Part shown: in pieces, positions 1 through 8,555 of the stretch
How the letters are laid out: the number at the start of each line of letters is the position of its first letter
Numbering within the stretch: the stretch's first letter is position 1
Virus record (IMG/VR): IMGVR_UViG_3300037297_000178
Span: 1-64,000 of that record
Direction: 5' to 3' (one strand)
Length of the DNA stretch: 64,000 nt
DNA from: a virus
The notes under the pieces: generated by a model
Told to the model about the DNA's origin: nothing
The model's input: only the letters and a program-made list of their open reading frames with translations
Database searches by the model: none
Made by a program: the position numbers and the translations under genes

Positions 1-42
1 CAACGCGCGATACAGGACGGCCTTCGTAAGCTGACCGAAGTT

Positions 43-318
43 ATGCCCAACATCAGCCACGAGCTTGCAGCGCTTCAGCGAGACCGGATGAGGCTCGCAG
101 TGCTCAGCACAAATCTGATGCTGTGCGGATATTTCAGAACGTGTCCGGCGTGTGGGGAACCGCAGGGGCTTCTCGCGTACATTTCGGACATGGGTAGACT
201 GACAGTCCACTGCGACTGTGGTTTCGAGGTCGAACAGGTTGACATTTCGGAGGAGTTGTATACAATAGTGGATAGGATAGTACGAGGAAAGGAGAGCACA
301 AGTGAAGGTAACATTTGA
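43..318 (+). CDS. hypothetical small Cys-rich protein (zinc-ribbon-like)
   Basis: 91-aa ORF with Cys pairs CPAC ... CDC; first member of a tightly packed + strand gene train. Confidence 0.5.
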   Translation: MPNISHELAALQRDRMRLAVLSTNLMLCGYFRTCPACGEPQGLLAYISDMGRLTVHCDCGFEVEQVDISEELYTIVDRIVRGKESTSEGNI

Positions 319-835
319 CAGGGTAAAAATTACAGGCGAACAGGGCGAAGCGGTCTTCAGGACGAACGTCGGGATGTATAAGGTCGAGTGGACAGACGGC
401 GTGATTAACACGCGCAACTACGCGCCCCTTGCGTACAAGTACGACGCGCCCGAATGGGGGAAACCCCTCGAGGGCGCTGAATACCTCGAGGCCGTGACGG
501 GCCTCACCTGGGACCAGTTTCTCACGCTGGCTGAAGACTTCGAACATGACGCGACCCACTTCAAGCTCATTCGCGTCGCCTACCCGGGCGGTCGGCTTGT
601 GTGCTCGTTTTCATGGGGACGAGTCGGCATGTATCAGGTTGAGGAGAAGCCGGGCGGGAAGTGGGCCATTCAGGAGTTCGTCAAGAACAAGTGGACCAAT
701 TTCAACGGAGACGCGACCCGCGCCGAAGTCGAGAAAATCATGCCGGTGTCAATCGGCACGCTTCGGCATATGGCCCGGTCACACCATAACGCGTTTTATC
801 GAGGTTGCGCCGTAGGTGAGGCGAACGCGAAATGA
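302..835 (+). CDS. hypothetical protein
   Basis: 177-aa ORF; GTG start preceded by AAAGGAGAG. Confidence 0.55.
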   Translation: MKVTFDRVKITGEQGEAVFRTNVGMYKVEWTDGVINTRNYAPLAYKYDAPEWGKPLEGAEYLEAVTGLTWDQFLTLAEDFEHDATHFKLIRVAYPGGRLVCSFSWGRVGMYQVEEKPGGKWAIQEFVKNKWTNFNGDATRAEVEKIMPVSIGTLRHMARSHHNAFYRGCAVGEANAK

Positions 836-1029
836 ACGCTGTTCGGGTGCTGGTTTACGCGATAGCCATTATAGGGATTGTTTTCTTCGTTGGAAGCGGT
901 GTGTACCTTGCGTTCGCGCCTGATGGTGAGGTCGAGGTACACGTCGACGACCTCCCTAACGGGTGGCAGGTACGCTGTTACGAGAGTGGGCGAAACCTCT
1001 CGTGTGTAGTCATAGAAAAAGGAGACTGA
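832..1029 (+). CDS. small membrane protein
   Basis: 65 aa; hydrophobic stretch VLVYAIAIIGIVFFVGSGVYLAF; ATGA start/stop overlap with the upstream ORF. Confidence 0.5.
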   Translation: MNAVRVLVYAIAIIGIVFFVGSGVYLAFAPDGEVEVHVDDLPNGWQVRCYESGRNLSCVVIEKGD

Positions 1030-1030
1030 C

Positions 1031-1579
1031 ATGTGGGCAGCAGTTACGGTAACAGTAGCGAAAGACGGGCGATATTCGGCGAAGCACTTTGACCCGCACA
1101 CAAACAGGCGGGTATATCACGCCGGGCACATCGACACCTCGGGCAGACCGATTGAGTTCCGGCGTCGGCTTGCGCTTGACGTTCACCGCACGATACACAC
1201 AATCGTGGGCCGTCACGAACCACACGAGCTTGAGGGCGAAACGCTCGAGGTGCTCGTGAACGTTAAGGCGCAGGCGTCAAGGCCGTCCCCTTACTGTTTC
1301 AAGGAATGGGACCCGTTCATAAAGGTGATGAACTCAGGGACGTGGTATTCGCCCTGTAACATCGACATCATCGGGGACGGGGACGAGGACGGCATGGGCG
1401 AACCGACGCTGACCGTCGCAGTGAACTCGTTCACACCCGCCTCGTGGTATCTGACACTCAAACACGTCAGGGACGATATGTATGAGGTGAGCGCGACTGA
1501 CGGTTACAGTGGCGTCTTTAGCGCTAAGGACATAGTGAAAAAAATCAGGGAGGTGGCTTATGCCAAGATTATCGAATGA
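1031..1579 (+). CDS. hypothetical protein
   Basis: 182-aa ORF; AAAAAGGAGA upstream of the ATG. Confidence 0.55.
   Translation: MWAAVTVTVAKDGRYSAKHFDPHTNRRVYHAGHIDTSGRPIEFRRRLALDVHRTIHTIVGRHEPHELEGETLEVLVNVKAQASRPSPYCFKEWDPFIKVMNSGTWYSPCNIDIIGDGDEDGMGEPTLTVAVNSFTPASWYLTLKHVRDDMYEVSATDGYSGVFSAKDIVKKIREVAYAKIIE
1518..1527. repeat. TTAGCGCTAA palindrome, copy 1 of 10
   Basis: Inside CDS 1031..1579, read TTT AGC GCT AAG (FSAK). Confidence 0.95.
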
Positions 1580-1820
1580 GCACCCGTTTGTTGAGGAATG
1601 GTTTGGGCACAAGTTCAATCACGACAATCCGGGTGACACAGGACCGGTCGACGTGTGCCTTGACTGCGCGAGGTTAATACAGAGCGAGTGGGCGTCTTCG
1701 CCCGTCTTTGACGGCGAAGCGATAGAAGAGTACGAGCACCCCCCATTCGAGGATACAGACTATGTCTGTGACGAGTGCGGGGCCGAACTCACGTCGGCTG
1801 ACAACTGGACGGAAGAGTGA
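1560..1820 (+). CDS. hypothetical zinc-ribbon protein
   Basis: 86 aa; CLDC ... CDEC cysteine pairs; GGGAGGTGG upstream. Confidence 0.5.
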   Translation: MPRLSNEHPFVEEWFGHKFNHDNPGDTGPVDVCLDCARLIQSEWASSPVFDGEAIEEYEHPPFEDTDYVCDECGAELTSADNWTEE

Positions 1821-2224
1821 TGGACGTAAGACGCCCGTCTGCGAACGAGATACGCGCTATGGCTACGGCCTCCCTGAAAAGGCTCAAGGACGACTGGTGG
1901 AACGAGGGGAAGAGAAGGGGGATACGTGACCTTTTGTTCGGCGTTGTCGAGGATGGGAAATCAGCAGTCACGCTCTTCGGCCTCGAGGTGGTCGGAGGGG
2001 ACGAGTCGCTCGTCGTGTGGAGTGGGGAGGGGGGCTTCCGGGCATACTACAACGGAAACCTCGTTTATAGCGAAGCCCGGAAGCTGTTTGTCCCGGGCGA
2101 TTGGACAAACTACCTCGTGTCGTTCGTGCTTCCGCCTTACCAGCAGGCTGCGCGAGGTGAGCTTCACGACGTGTCGGAGCGCGAAAGACTGATACAGGAG
2201 CTAACGTGCGGAAAGTGCTGCTAG
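1820..2224 (+). CDS. hypothetical protein
   Basis: ORF-track ORF 1817..2224; ATG at 1820 overlaps the upstream TGA. Confidence 0.5.
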   Translation: MDVRRPSANEIRAMATASLKRLKDDWWNEGKRRGIRDLLFGVVEDGKSAVTLFGLEVVGGDESLVVWSGEGGFRAYYNGNLVYSEARKLFVPGDWTNYLVSFVLPPYQQAARGELHDVSERERLIQELTCGKCC

Positions 2225-2430
2225 TCGACGCCGTCCCGACCGTATATTTCGTGACACGCCATGAGGGGAAGTCGTTTTTCAGGGCGTCGTGCTTCGGTAC
2301 TCACGACCGCTTTTTCAGGCATGAGGAGGTGCTTCTAAATGGTCTCGACCCGCTCCAGTTACCTTCACCGGTACGAGCGCACGTGCTCGGGAAAATAGCG
2401 AGCACGTGCGTCTTCTGGTGGGTACGATGA
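2206..2430 (+). CDS. hypothetical protein
   Basis: 74-aa ORF; GTG start with ACAGGAG upstream; fills an otherwise non-coding gap. Confidence 0.35.
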   Translation: MRKVLLVDAVPTVYFVTRHEGKSFFRASCFGTHDRFFRHEEVLLNGLDPLQLPSPVRAHVLGKIASTCVFWWVR

Positions 2431-3053
2431 ACAGCATAGCGCTTTTCCCGCGCGTGGTCAGGAACATCGAGCATGTGTCGGTTGTGAGGCGACTCCTCGA
2501 TGGTGGACCGAACACCTGGGTCGGGGGCCGCTTGTGGGGGGACGCCCCCTTCTCGAAGTTCGTGTCATTCGAGCCGGACACGGGCGTACTCGTGTACAAT
2601 CTTCAGGGCACACCGAAACCGAGCCGAATCCTCTGCACATACGGGAAGAGAGGCGACCTGCTCGCTGTGCGAGAGCGCCTCGTGATAGAAGACGACGTGC
2701 TGTTGTACGAGGCCGACAGGACACCGGTGAAGGTGCCGGTGAAAGTGCCACGCCGTGAGGTGAAGTGGCTCAAGGACTTGAACTCGCTCGGATACATAAC
2801 GGAAGGGTTTGTCCCCGTCTGGTCGGCCCGCTATTTCCTTCGCGTGCTTGACCTCTACTTTGAGCGCTTCGAGGACTCGACCGACTACGCGGCTGAGGGC
2901 ATAGTGTCGAAGGGGATAACGCAGTACGAAGGGAAGGAGCGAGAGGAGTACGTGCGCTGGTGGAACGAGGCCCACGCGCCTCTCGGCTTCCCTGCTGAGA
3001 CAAACCCGTTCGTGTGGAAGCTGACGGTCGAGGTAGAACGTGGAAAAGATTGA
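2427..3053 (+). CDS. ASCH/PUA-like domain protein (tentative)
   Basis: ATGA overlap start. Motifs GKRGDLLAVRERL, PVWSARYFLRV..FERFED...AEGI and NPFVWKL resemble phage ASCH-like proteins. Confidence 0.45.
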   Translation: MNSIALFPRVVRNIEHVSVVRRLLDGGPNTWVGGRLWGDAPFSKFVSFEPDTGVLVYNLQGTPKPSRILCTYGKRGDLLAVRERLVIEDDVLLYEADRTPVKVPVKVPRREVKWLKDLNSLGYITEGFVPVWSARYFLRVLDLYFERFEDSTDYAAEGIVSKGITQYEGKEREEYVRWWNEAHAPLGFPAETNPFVWKLTVEVERGKD

Positions 3054-3498
3054 GAGCGCCTCACTAGTTGCAGAACCGCCGTCGCTCAAGTGGACGGTGC
3101 GAAGTAAGGCGAACGGACGCATTATAGCTCACCTCGAGGCGTATGAACTCGATAGCGAACTGACGCGCATCATCGTGACGATAGTCACGCCTGCCCCATT
3201 TTCGACAGCCTTCAAGCCGGTCGAGTTCGTGTGGAAAGAAACTCTCACTCAGGCTCGAGACTTGGCTATCAAAAGGGTGCTTGAAGAAATCGAGGCTGGT
3301 GAAGTGTATGCTGACCTGATAGGTGAGTATGAGGAAAAGTGTCGCGTCGCGGGCGCGGTCTTCAGCCAACTCGACTATTTGAAGAGACGGGCGAACGGCG
3401 ACGACCTTAGCTACCTGTATCAAATGGTCGAATGGCTAAAAGACAGGGTGTGGTTGAAAACGTGGTACAAGGAGAGAGAACATGGTGAGTGGACTTAA
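3040..3498 (+). CDS. hypothetical protein, paralog family A member 1
   Basis: 152 aa; aligns by eye with the next two ORFs (SLVA.PP..W......, F.W, G.VYADLI.E.E.KC). Confidence 0.55.
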   Translation: MEKIESASLVAEPPSLKWTVRSKANGRIIAHLEAYELDSELTRIIVTIVTPAPFSTAFKPVEFVWKETLTQARDLAIKRVLEEIEAGEVYADLIGEYEEKCRVAGAVFSQLDYLKRRANGDDLSYLYQMVEWLKDRVWLKTWYKEREHGEWT

Positions 3499-3886
3499 AT
3501 ATAGGGTTATACCGCCCCCTCAGGCGCATAAGATTCAGCGCATCGAGGACGACGTGACGGTCGGCTTAATATCGATGGATGCAACCCCAACGGCATACGT
3601 CGAGTGGTCGGTCGAGGTGATTGTCACGCTTCACATCGGAGACGACGTGTTCACGTGGAAGAACACCATTAAAAAGCCGGTCGAGAATATCCCTGGTATA
3701 GTCATCGAGTTGCTCGAGAAGGGCCACATTTACAAAGACCTTGAGAACGCCTGGGAACATCGATGTATAGAGATTGGCCTTACGACCCAGGACCTCGTTC
3801 GTATTCGTAGGCGGTGCGATGGGATTGAGGAATACCTTTGTCAACTGAAGGGGTTGTATAAGGGGGCGCTCTGTGAGGCGGATTAG
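3482..3886 (+). CDS. hypothetical protein, paralog family A member 2
   Basis: 134 aa; shares the F.WK ... G.IYKDLE..WEHRC pattern with its neighbours. Confidence 0.55.
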   Translation: MVSGLKYRVIPPPQAHKIQRIEDDVTVGLISMDATPTAYVEWSVEVIVTLHIGDDVFTWKNTIKKPVENIPGIVIELLEKGHIYKDLENAWEHRCIEIGLTTQDLVRIRRRCDGIEEYLCQLKGLYKGALCEAD

Positions 3887-4325
3887 GGTCGGTTCGCTCG
3901 TTGCAATCCCGCCCGACAGCGAGTGGAACATTGTCACCGATAAAGGCGCGTATGTCGCAGACATGACGGCGTGCGAGTGCGCGTACCTCGAGAACGGGGA
4001 AATTCGTTACAGTACGCTGGTGGTGATAAAGTTCGACATAGGCCCGCACGAGTTCAAGTGGGTCCAGACCATTTTCGAAGGACGCTGCGAGGCGGTCGAG
4101 GTTGTGCTCAGGATGTTCGAGAACGGGACGGTGTACGCCGACCTCATAGTCGAGCACGAGAAGAAGTGCTTCGAGGCGGGCATGAGTAGCGGGACGCTTC
4201 GGGCGTTGAGAGAACGCCTCGAACCGGGTCTTCCGGTCGAGAAATCATATCTGTTTCGAATGGCTGAGGCCATAGGAGGGACTAATGCTGACGTGGCTCG
4301 TGGTTTATGTCATACTGGTGATTGA
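3873..4325 (+). CDS. hypothetical protein, paralog family A member 3
   Basis: 150 aa; GTG start; GSLVAIPPDSEW, EFKWVQ and GTVYADLIVEHEKKC match member 1. Confidence 0.55.
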   Translation: MRRIRVGSLVAIPPDSEWNIVTDKGAYVADMTACECAYLENGEIRYSTLVVIKFDIGPHEFKWVQTIFEGRCEAVEVVLRMFENGTVYADLIVEHEKKCFEAGMSSGTLRALRERLEPGLPVEKSYLFRMAEAIGGTNADVARGLCHTGD

Positions 4326-4467
4326 GGCGTATGCTATAGCGTTCGTGTGTGACGCCGTCGAGTTCGTGTGGCGTGACCTGTGGTTGGGCGCGTACTACGA
4401 CGGCGATTTTTACCTGTACGTGTGTCTCTTCCCGATGCTCGTTATACGGATACAGGTGAAGCGGTGA
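4285..4467 (+). CDS. small membrane protein
   Basis: 60 aa; strong ATAGGAGGG RBS; hydrophobic N-terminus LTWLVVYVILVIEAYAIAFV. Confidence 0.45.
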   Translation: MLTWLVVYVILVIEAYAIAFVCDAVEFVWRDLWLGAYYDGDFYLYVCLFPMLVIRIQVKR

Positions 4468-4946
4468 ACGTCGAGGAGCTAATCAAAGAGCACGCTGGTC
4501 GGAAGGCAAAGAAGCGGGCGAAGGTCGAGGCCGAATGGGAAGAGAAACGGCCCGAAGTTATCGCGTGGTTTAAGGAAACGCTCGCTGAGCAGGGCGTAAG
4601 GTTTGACCCGGAAGACCGTCTCGAGGTGTGGTGGCTCACTCAGTCACCCGGCTTCTGCCGGGTCGAGCTAACACCTGACGGGCAGGACTTCATAATCAAA
4701 AGCCCGACCATCGACTATCGGATTATGGCTTTCGTTGACGACACGTGGGCCATACCTGATATGATATGGAAAGACATATCGCACATAAGGGGCGTGTCTG
4801 TCAAGGGCGGGCGCTTCGACAGCTTCATCGAGGCGCTCGAATACGGTTATTCGATGTTCCCTCGAGGCGAGCTTGTGGGCTGTGAGGAACAATCAGAGCA
4901 ACATCCTGTGTTCAAAGCGTTGAGGGAGGCGCTACAGAGATTATGA
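4464..4946 (+). CDS. hypothetical protein, paralog family B member 1
   Basis: GTGA overlap start; RP.V..WFKETL ... LEVWW ... SP.ID shared with the next ORF. Confidence 0.5.
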   Translation: MNVEELIKEHAGRKAKKRAKVEAEWEEKRPEVIAWFKETLAEQGVRFDPEDRLEVWWLTQSPGFCRVELTPDGQDFIIKSPTIDYRIMAFVDDTWAIPDMIWKDISHIRGVSVKGGRFDSFIEALEYGYSMFPRGELVGCEEQSEQHPVFKALREALQRL

Positions 4947-5356
4947 ACATACAAGAGTTATATGACAGGCATGTGGAATTGCGACAGAACCGAGCCGAAA
5001 AGATTGAGGCCCGTCGGAATGAGTTGAGGCCGAAGGTGCTCGAGTGGTTTAAGGAGACGCTCGAGGTCGAGTACGAGGCCCACTTCGACGAGGGGGACGA
5101 CCTCGAGGTTTGGTGGATTCAGACCATCCTTGACGAGCGTCTTTGCTTCGTGCGTGTCTTTCCCGAAGGGTGTTCGTTTTATATTGATAGCCCGAACATT
5201 GACGTGGAAGGCTTCGGGTGGTTTGGGGAACTGTGGAAGGTTCCCGACCCCGTGAGTGGCGTTGAGTCGACACACAAGAACTTCGTCGACGCACTCGCTC
5301 ACGCCGTCGAGGTGTTCCCGTCGACACAAGTTGAGAGGAGAGACGATGGACTATAG
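4943..5356 (+). CDS. hypothetical protein, paralog family B member 2
   Basis: 137 aa; ATGA overlap; clear similarity to the preceding ORF. Confidence 0.55.
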   Translation: MNIQELYDRHVELRQNRAEKIEARRNELRPKVLEWFKETLEVEYEAHFDEGDDLEVWWIQTILDERLCFVRVFPEGCSFYIDSPNIDVEGFGWFGELWKVPDPVSGVESTHKNFVDALAHAVEVFPSTQVERRDDGL

Positions 5357-5786
5357 CAAATTGATTGAAAAGACGTTTGACAGGCTCGAGGACGTGAGCA
5401 TACTGTTCCCATACGAGGAGGCTTCTTGCGAACGGGTCGGCGTACACTACGTGACCCGTTGTGAGGGGCCTTCGGTGAAGCTCACGGAGGTCGACGAGCC
5501 GGACGACGGAGACTTGAAATCCCTGGGCCTCACGAAGTTCGAAATGGCCTGCCTTCTTGCGCTTCACGGTCTGACGGCCCGCTTGAGCGGTGTTCTTCTG
5601 TACGCGCTCCGAAAGAAACAGGGACTTCACGTTATCGAACCAACAAGCTATCAAAGAAGCACAGAGTATGTGGTGCGCGACTTCCCGTTCCCGCTGGTGG
5701 TCAAGATGTACACCGACGACGAGACTGTTACGCCGATACTCGAGATATGGTACAGGTTCGTGCGTATCAGGGAGGGTGAACTGTGA
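5346..5786 (+). CDS. hypothetical protein
   Basis: ATG at 5346 (MDYSKLIEK) after GAGGAGAGA; the upstream part of the track ORF overlaps the previous gene. Confidence 0.5.
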   Translation: MDYSKLIEKTFDRLEDVSILFPYEEASCERVGVHYVTRCEGPSVKLTEVDEPDDGDLKSLGLTKFEMACLLALHGLTARLSGVLLYALRKKQGLHVIEPTSYQRSTEYVVRDFPFPLVVKMYTDDETVTPILEIWYRFVRIREGEL

Positions 5787-6196
5787 TAGCAGAGAAGGTA
5801 GCTGATGTACTGAGCACGCTGACGGCGAAGGAATACCCTGCCCGTAAGAGCGTGTCACGGATAACCCCGCCGATAATCGTGCGCGACATGGAAGACGAGA
5901 AACTTTATCCCGGTTCGACGTGGTTACGTGACGAGATGTGGCTCACACTCGAGGCGTTGAATATGGCCGTAGGCGTTGAGCTTGTGCGGGCGGCTGAGGC
6001 AGGATACCTCGTGACATTCGAGAGACCCGAGATTGAGAACACCACGAGACTATTCGTGTATCCTATGGGGGGAATCCCTGTGATAGTCGAACTCGAAGTG
6101 AGTAACGAAGACGCGGTCCCAGGTGGTATCCTCGTGGTGTGCCTGACGGTCAGTATGAGGTTTACTAAAGGCGATGACTCGAATAGCGGTTCTTGA
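5783..6196 (+). CDS. hypothetical protein, paralog family C member 1
   Basis: 137 aa; GTGA overlap; VGVELVRAAEAGY ... VIVELEV ... VVCLTV resembles ORF 7523..7942. Confidence 0.5.
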   Translation: MIAEKVADVLSTLTAKEYPARKSVSRITPPIIVRDMEDEKLYPGSTWLRDEMWLTLEALNMAVGVELVRAAEAGYLVTFERPEIENTTRLFVYPMGGIPVIVELEVSNEDAVPGGILVVCLTVSMRFTKGDDSNSGS

Positions 6197-6476
6197 GGTC
6201 GACCCGGCCCGCCTTCGCCTCTGCGTCAAGCGGGCCGGTCAGTGGTTTGAGCTTGACGCGAGAGTCTTGGGCGTTGAGCGCTTTGGTATCGAGTTCGAGA
6301 GCGCGAACGACATCACGCTACGCGACGGTGACGAGGTGTGGGTTGCAGCGAAGGACGGGAAAGAAGCGGACGCATCCTCGTTGCGCTTCGGTATTCGGAA
6401 GCCTGAGCTTATGAAGTTCCCGCAGGGGGACGTGTACGTGGTTGTCGGAGAGGTTGACTCTTTCCTTGACATTTGA
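6174..6476 (+). CDS. hypothetical protein
   Basis: 100-aa ORF in the same gene train. Confidence 0.45.
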   Translation: MTRIAVLEVDPARLRLCVKRAGQWFELDARVLGVERFGIEFESANDITLRDGDEVWVAAKDGKEADASSLRFGIRKPELMKFPQGDVYVVVGEVDSFLDI

Positions 6477-6493
6477 ACCCTCTGTGGTATAAT
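6466..6493 (+). promoter_or_regulatory. sigma70-type promoter (TTGACA-16-TGgTATAAT)
   Basis: TTGACA at 6466..6471 and TATAAT at 6488..6493 with an extended -10 TG; lies over the stop of the upstream ORF and ahead of ORF 6511. Confidence 0.6.
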
Positions 6494-6510
6494 TGCTCTG
6501 AGGTGATGGA

Positions 6511-6894
6511 ATGGGGAAAATGAATGTACAACTAAGTATAATGTTCGAGGCTGACAGGGACGACTTTGTTGTCTGCGTGCGAAAGAAGGGGGGACACCTT
6601 AAGTTCGAGCCGTCCCTGAAAGTGATGGAGATTCGGCACGACGAGAACATTGTCAATCTGTACGAATGGCCGACCTCACATCCTTTTTCACCCGAAGGAG
6701 TTGTTGAGGTGCTTGTTGAGTACAGGACTGGCCCTGAGGGCTGTATTCGATTCAGACAGGACGATGTAGCCTGCTTCGGATTCCCGAGTGGTGAAGGCGG
6801 GACCGACTATATGTGCCGGGGCGTGATAGCCACAGAGGCACGCGGGCATATAAAGGTCGAGTCAGAGTCGCACGGGAATATACGGGTCGACTGA
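6511..6894 (+). CDS. hypothetical protein
   Basis: 127-aa ORF; GAGGTG RBS; first gene after the promoter. Confidence 0.5.
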   Translation: MGKMNVQLSIMFEADRDDFVVCVRKKGGHLKFEPSLKVMEIRHDENIVNLYEWPTSHPFSPEGVVEVLVEYRTGPEGCIRFRQDDVACFGFPSGEGGTDYMCRGVIATEARGHIKVESESHGNIRVD

Positions 6895-6895
6895 C

Positions 6896-7261
6896 ATGGG
6901 CGCATTTGGACACGGCATAATGGACAACGACGAGGCCCTCGACCTGTGCGGATGGGTCGACGATATGGGCTGCGGTTCGTACATACTTGAAAACATCGAC
7001 GCAGAAGCCTTAGCGCTAAAGGGGCAGGAATTACTTGACGTACTGACTGACAGGAACACGAGTGACCACGAGTGGCTTGCGTTCGGTCAGATTTTCGTAG
7101 AGGCAGGCGTCCCGTTTCCGGGCGTGCTCCGGCAGGTGCTTTTTCACGCTATCGGGCGCGAGATGAAAATGTCGTTCACGTGGCGTGACCCTGCCGAGAG
7201 GGAGCGCGAGCTTACTGAATTTCGAGAGGTGGTCGAGAGACATGGCAAAGATATGGACTGA
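6896..7261 (+). CDS. DUF4259-like protein
   Basis: N-terminus MGAFGHGIMDNDEALD matches the GxWGxGxFDNDxAxD signature of DUF4259. Confidence 0.5.
   Translation: MGAFGHGIMDNDEALDLCGWVDDMGCGSYILENIDAEALALKGQELLDVLTDRNTSDHEWLAFGQIFVEAGVPFPGVLRQVLFHAIGREMKMSFTWRDPAERERELTEFREVVERHGKDMD
7010..7019. repeat. TTAGCGCTAA palindrome, copy 2 of 10
   Basis: Inside CDS 6896..7261, read TTA GCG CTA AAG (LALK). Confidence 0.95.
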
Positions 7262-7535
7262 GGAGGAGGTGAGCGTCGAGGCGTTCACGCTCCAGATAGA
7301 TACAGGGGAAGGGTTGAAGGACTTCCCTGACGCAAGAGTCACGGCCTTCAACACGAACGGATACGAGCTATCGTTCTGGTCGGCTGAGGACATCGACCCG
7401 GAATCCATTTCGGAGGTGGTGATGCTGTTTGAGGGTGAACTGGTCTTTCGCTTCACTGACGTGTGGTGTCACCGTTATGAGCACGACCAGGGCGGTTTCG
7501 ACTATCGGTGCTTGGCGGTGAAATGGACGAGATAA
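7242..7535 (+). CDS. hypothetical protein
   Basis: ATG at 7242 (MAKIWTEEE) within track ORF 7185..7535. Confidence 0.45.
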   Translation: MAKIWTEEEVSVEAFTLQIDTGEGLKDFPDARVTAFNTNGYELSFWSAEDIDPESISEVVMLFEGELVFRFTDVWCHRYEHDQGGFDYRCLAVKWTR

Positions 7536-7942
7536 AGGGGAAGGTCAACACGCACCTTCATAAGTGGCTCGACCGCACATTTGGCCTCAGTCCGTTCACC
7601 TTTAAGGTGTCGACAAGGCGGATGGGTTGGGAAGCTATGGACGAACCCGGCGAACACTCTCACACGACCCTATTCGACGACGAGATTCGGGACGCAGTAC
7701 ACCGGCTGACTGAGACGGTCGGAGTGAGAACGGTCCAGGCTCGCGCAGCCGGGTACAGGTTACGCCTGTGTAAACCAGAACCGAGTCAAAGCGAGTTCGG
7801 GTACGTGGAACGCTTTGGGGACATCGACGTGCTCGTGAGTATCAGGACGGCGGCTGCGTCACCTGGGCGCGGGTACGTGACCGTCTCGCTGACAGTGGTC
7901 GGCGTATTCGAGAAAATAAAAAAGGAGTGGCGAAGGGTATGA
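7523..7942 (+). CDS. hypothetical protein, paralog family C member 2
   Basis: ATG at 7523; VGVRTVQARAAGY ... VLVSIRT ... VTVSLTV parallels ORF 5783..6196. Confidence 0.5.
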   Translation: MDEIKGKVNTHLHKWLDRTFGLSPFTFKVSTRRMGWEAMDEPGEHSHTTLFDDEIRDAVHRLTETVGVRTVQARAAGYRLRLCKPEPSQSEFGYVERFGDIDVLVSIRTAAASPGRGYVTVSLTVVGVFEKIKKEWRRV

Positions 7943-8223
7943 CACAGTTTTTCAGGGAATTACTTCTGTTGTTCTATGATGCAAACTGGTGTAGTGTCGA
8001 GTTTGACGGCGTACTAAGTGACCAGGGAGTGAAAGCGAGGAAATACGGCCTCGAGGTGTTCGTGGGCTTGAGTAGGCCGGGCCTTCACGAAGACCGCCCT
8101 TCCCGATTGTGGGTTACGGTAAAGTCAGAAAAGCACACCGTCGATGAGCAATGGGAGGTCGACCCATCCGACATGGCAGTCGACCTCGAGAAGGTGAAGG
8201 TGCTTATAGCGCCGGTGATGTGA
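7939..8223 (+). CDS. hypothetical protein
   Basis: ATGA overlap start 11 nt after AAAGGAG. Confidence 0.5.
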   Translation: MTQFFRELLLLFYDANWCSVEFDGVLSDQGVKARKYGLEVFVGLSRPGLHEDRPSRLWVTVKSEKHTVDEQWEVDPSDMAVDLEKVKVLIAPVM

Positions 8224-8492
8224 TGGGTCGACGCTGTAAGCACCTCAACTGTACCATCCTCGAGGAGTTCATCACGTGTTCAGCTCACGTGATGGAGGAT
8301 GGTGGGTGTACGAGTCACGACAACAGCGTTGAGGGGGACTATACGGGGAAGGTCGAGATTCAGTGTCACGACTGTGGACGGGTGTTCGTTTTCAATTACC
8401 TCGGCAGGCGTATGCCGAAGTGGGCACAAGAGCGCCTTGAGGCAGCCGAAATTGCGCCAATAGCTCAGACTGGTAGAGCACGGGATTTTTAA
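8223..8492 (+). CDS. hypothetical Cys/His-rich protein
   Basis: 89 aa; CKHLNC ... CSAH ... CHDC. The 3' 39 nt run into the tRNA, so the true end and expression are uncertain. Confidence 0.4.
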   Translation: MGRRCKHLNCTILEEFITCSAHVMEDGGCTSHDNSVEGDYTGKVEIQCHDCGRVFVFNYLGRRMPKWAQERLEAAEIAPIAQTGRARDF

Positions 8493-8527
8493 TCCCGGTG
8501 TCGAGGGTTCAAGCCCCTCTTGGCGCT
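8454..8527 (+). tRNA. tRNA-Lys: tRNA-Lys (anticodon UUU), no encoded CCA
   Basis: Hand-folded 74-nt cloverleaf. Acceptor GCGCCAA/TTGGCGC, D arm GCTC-AGACTGGTA-GAGC, anticodon arm CGGGA-TTTTTAA-TCCCG, T arm GAGGG-TTCAAGC-CCCTC. Followed by TGA, not CCA. Confidence 0.85.
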
Positions 8528-8555
8528 TGACAGAGACGGCGAAGCAGGGTATAAT
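8527..8555 (+). promoter_or_regulatory. consensus sigma70 promoter (TTGACA-17-TATAAT)
   Basis: Perfect hexamers at 8527..8532 and 8550..8555; the -35 starts on the last nt of the tRNA. Confidence 0.65.
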
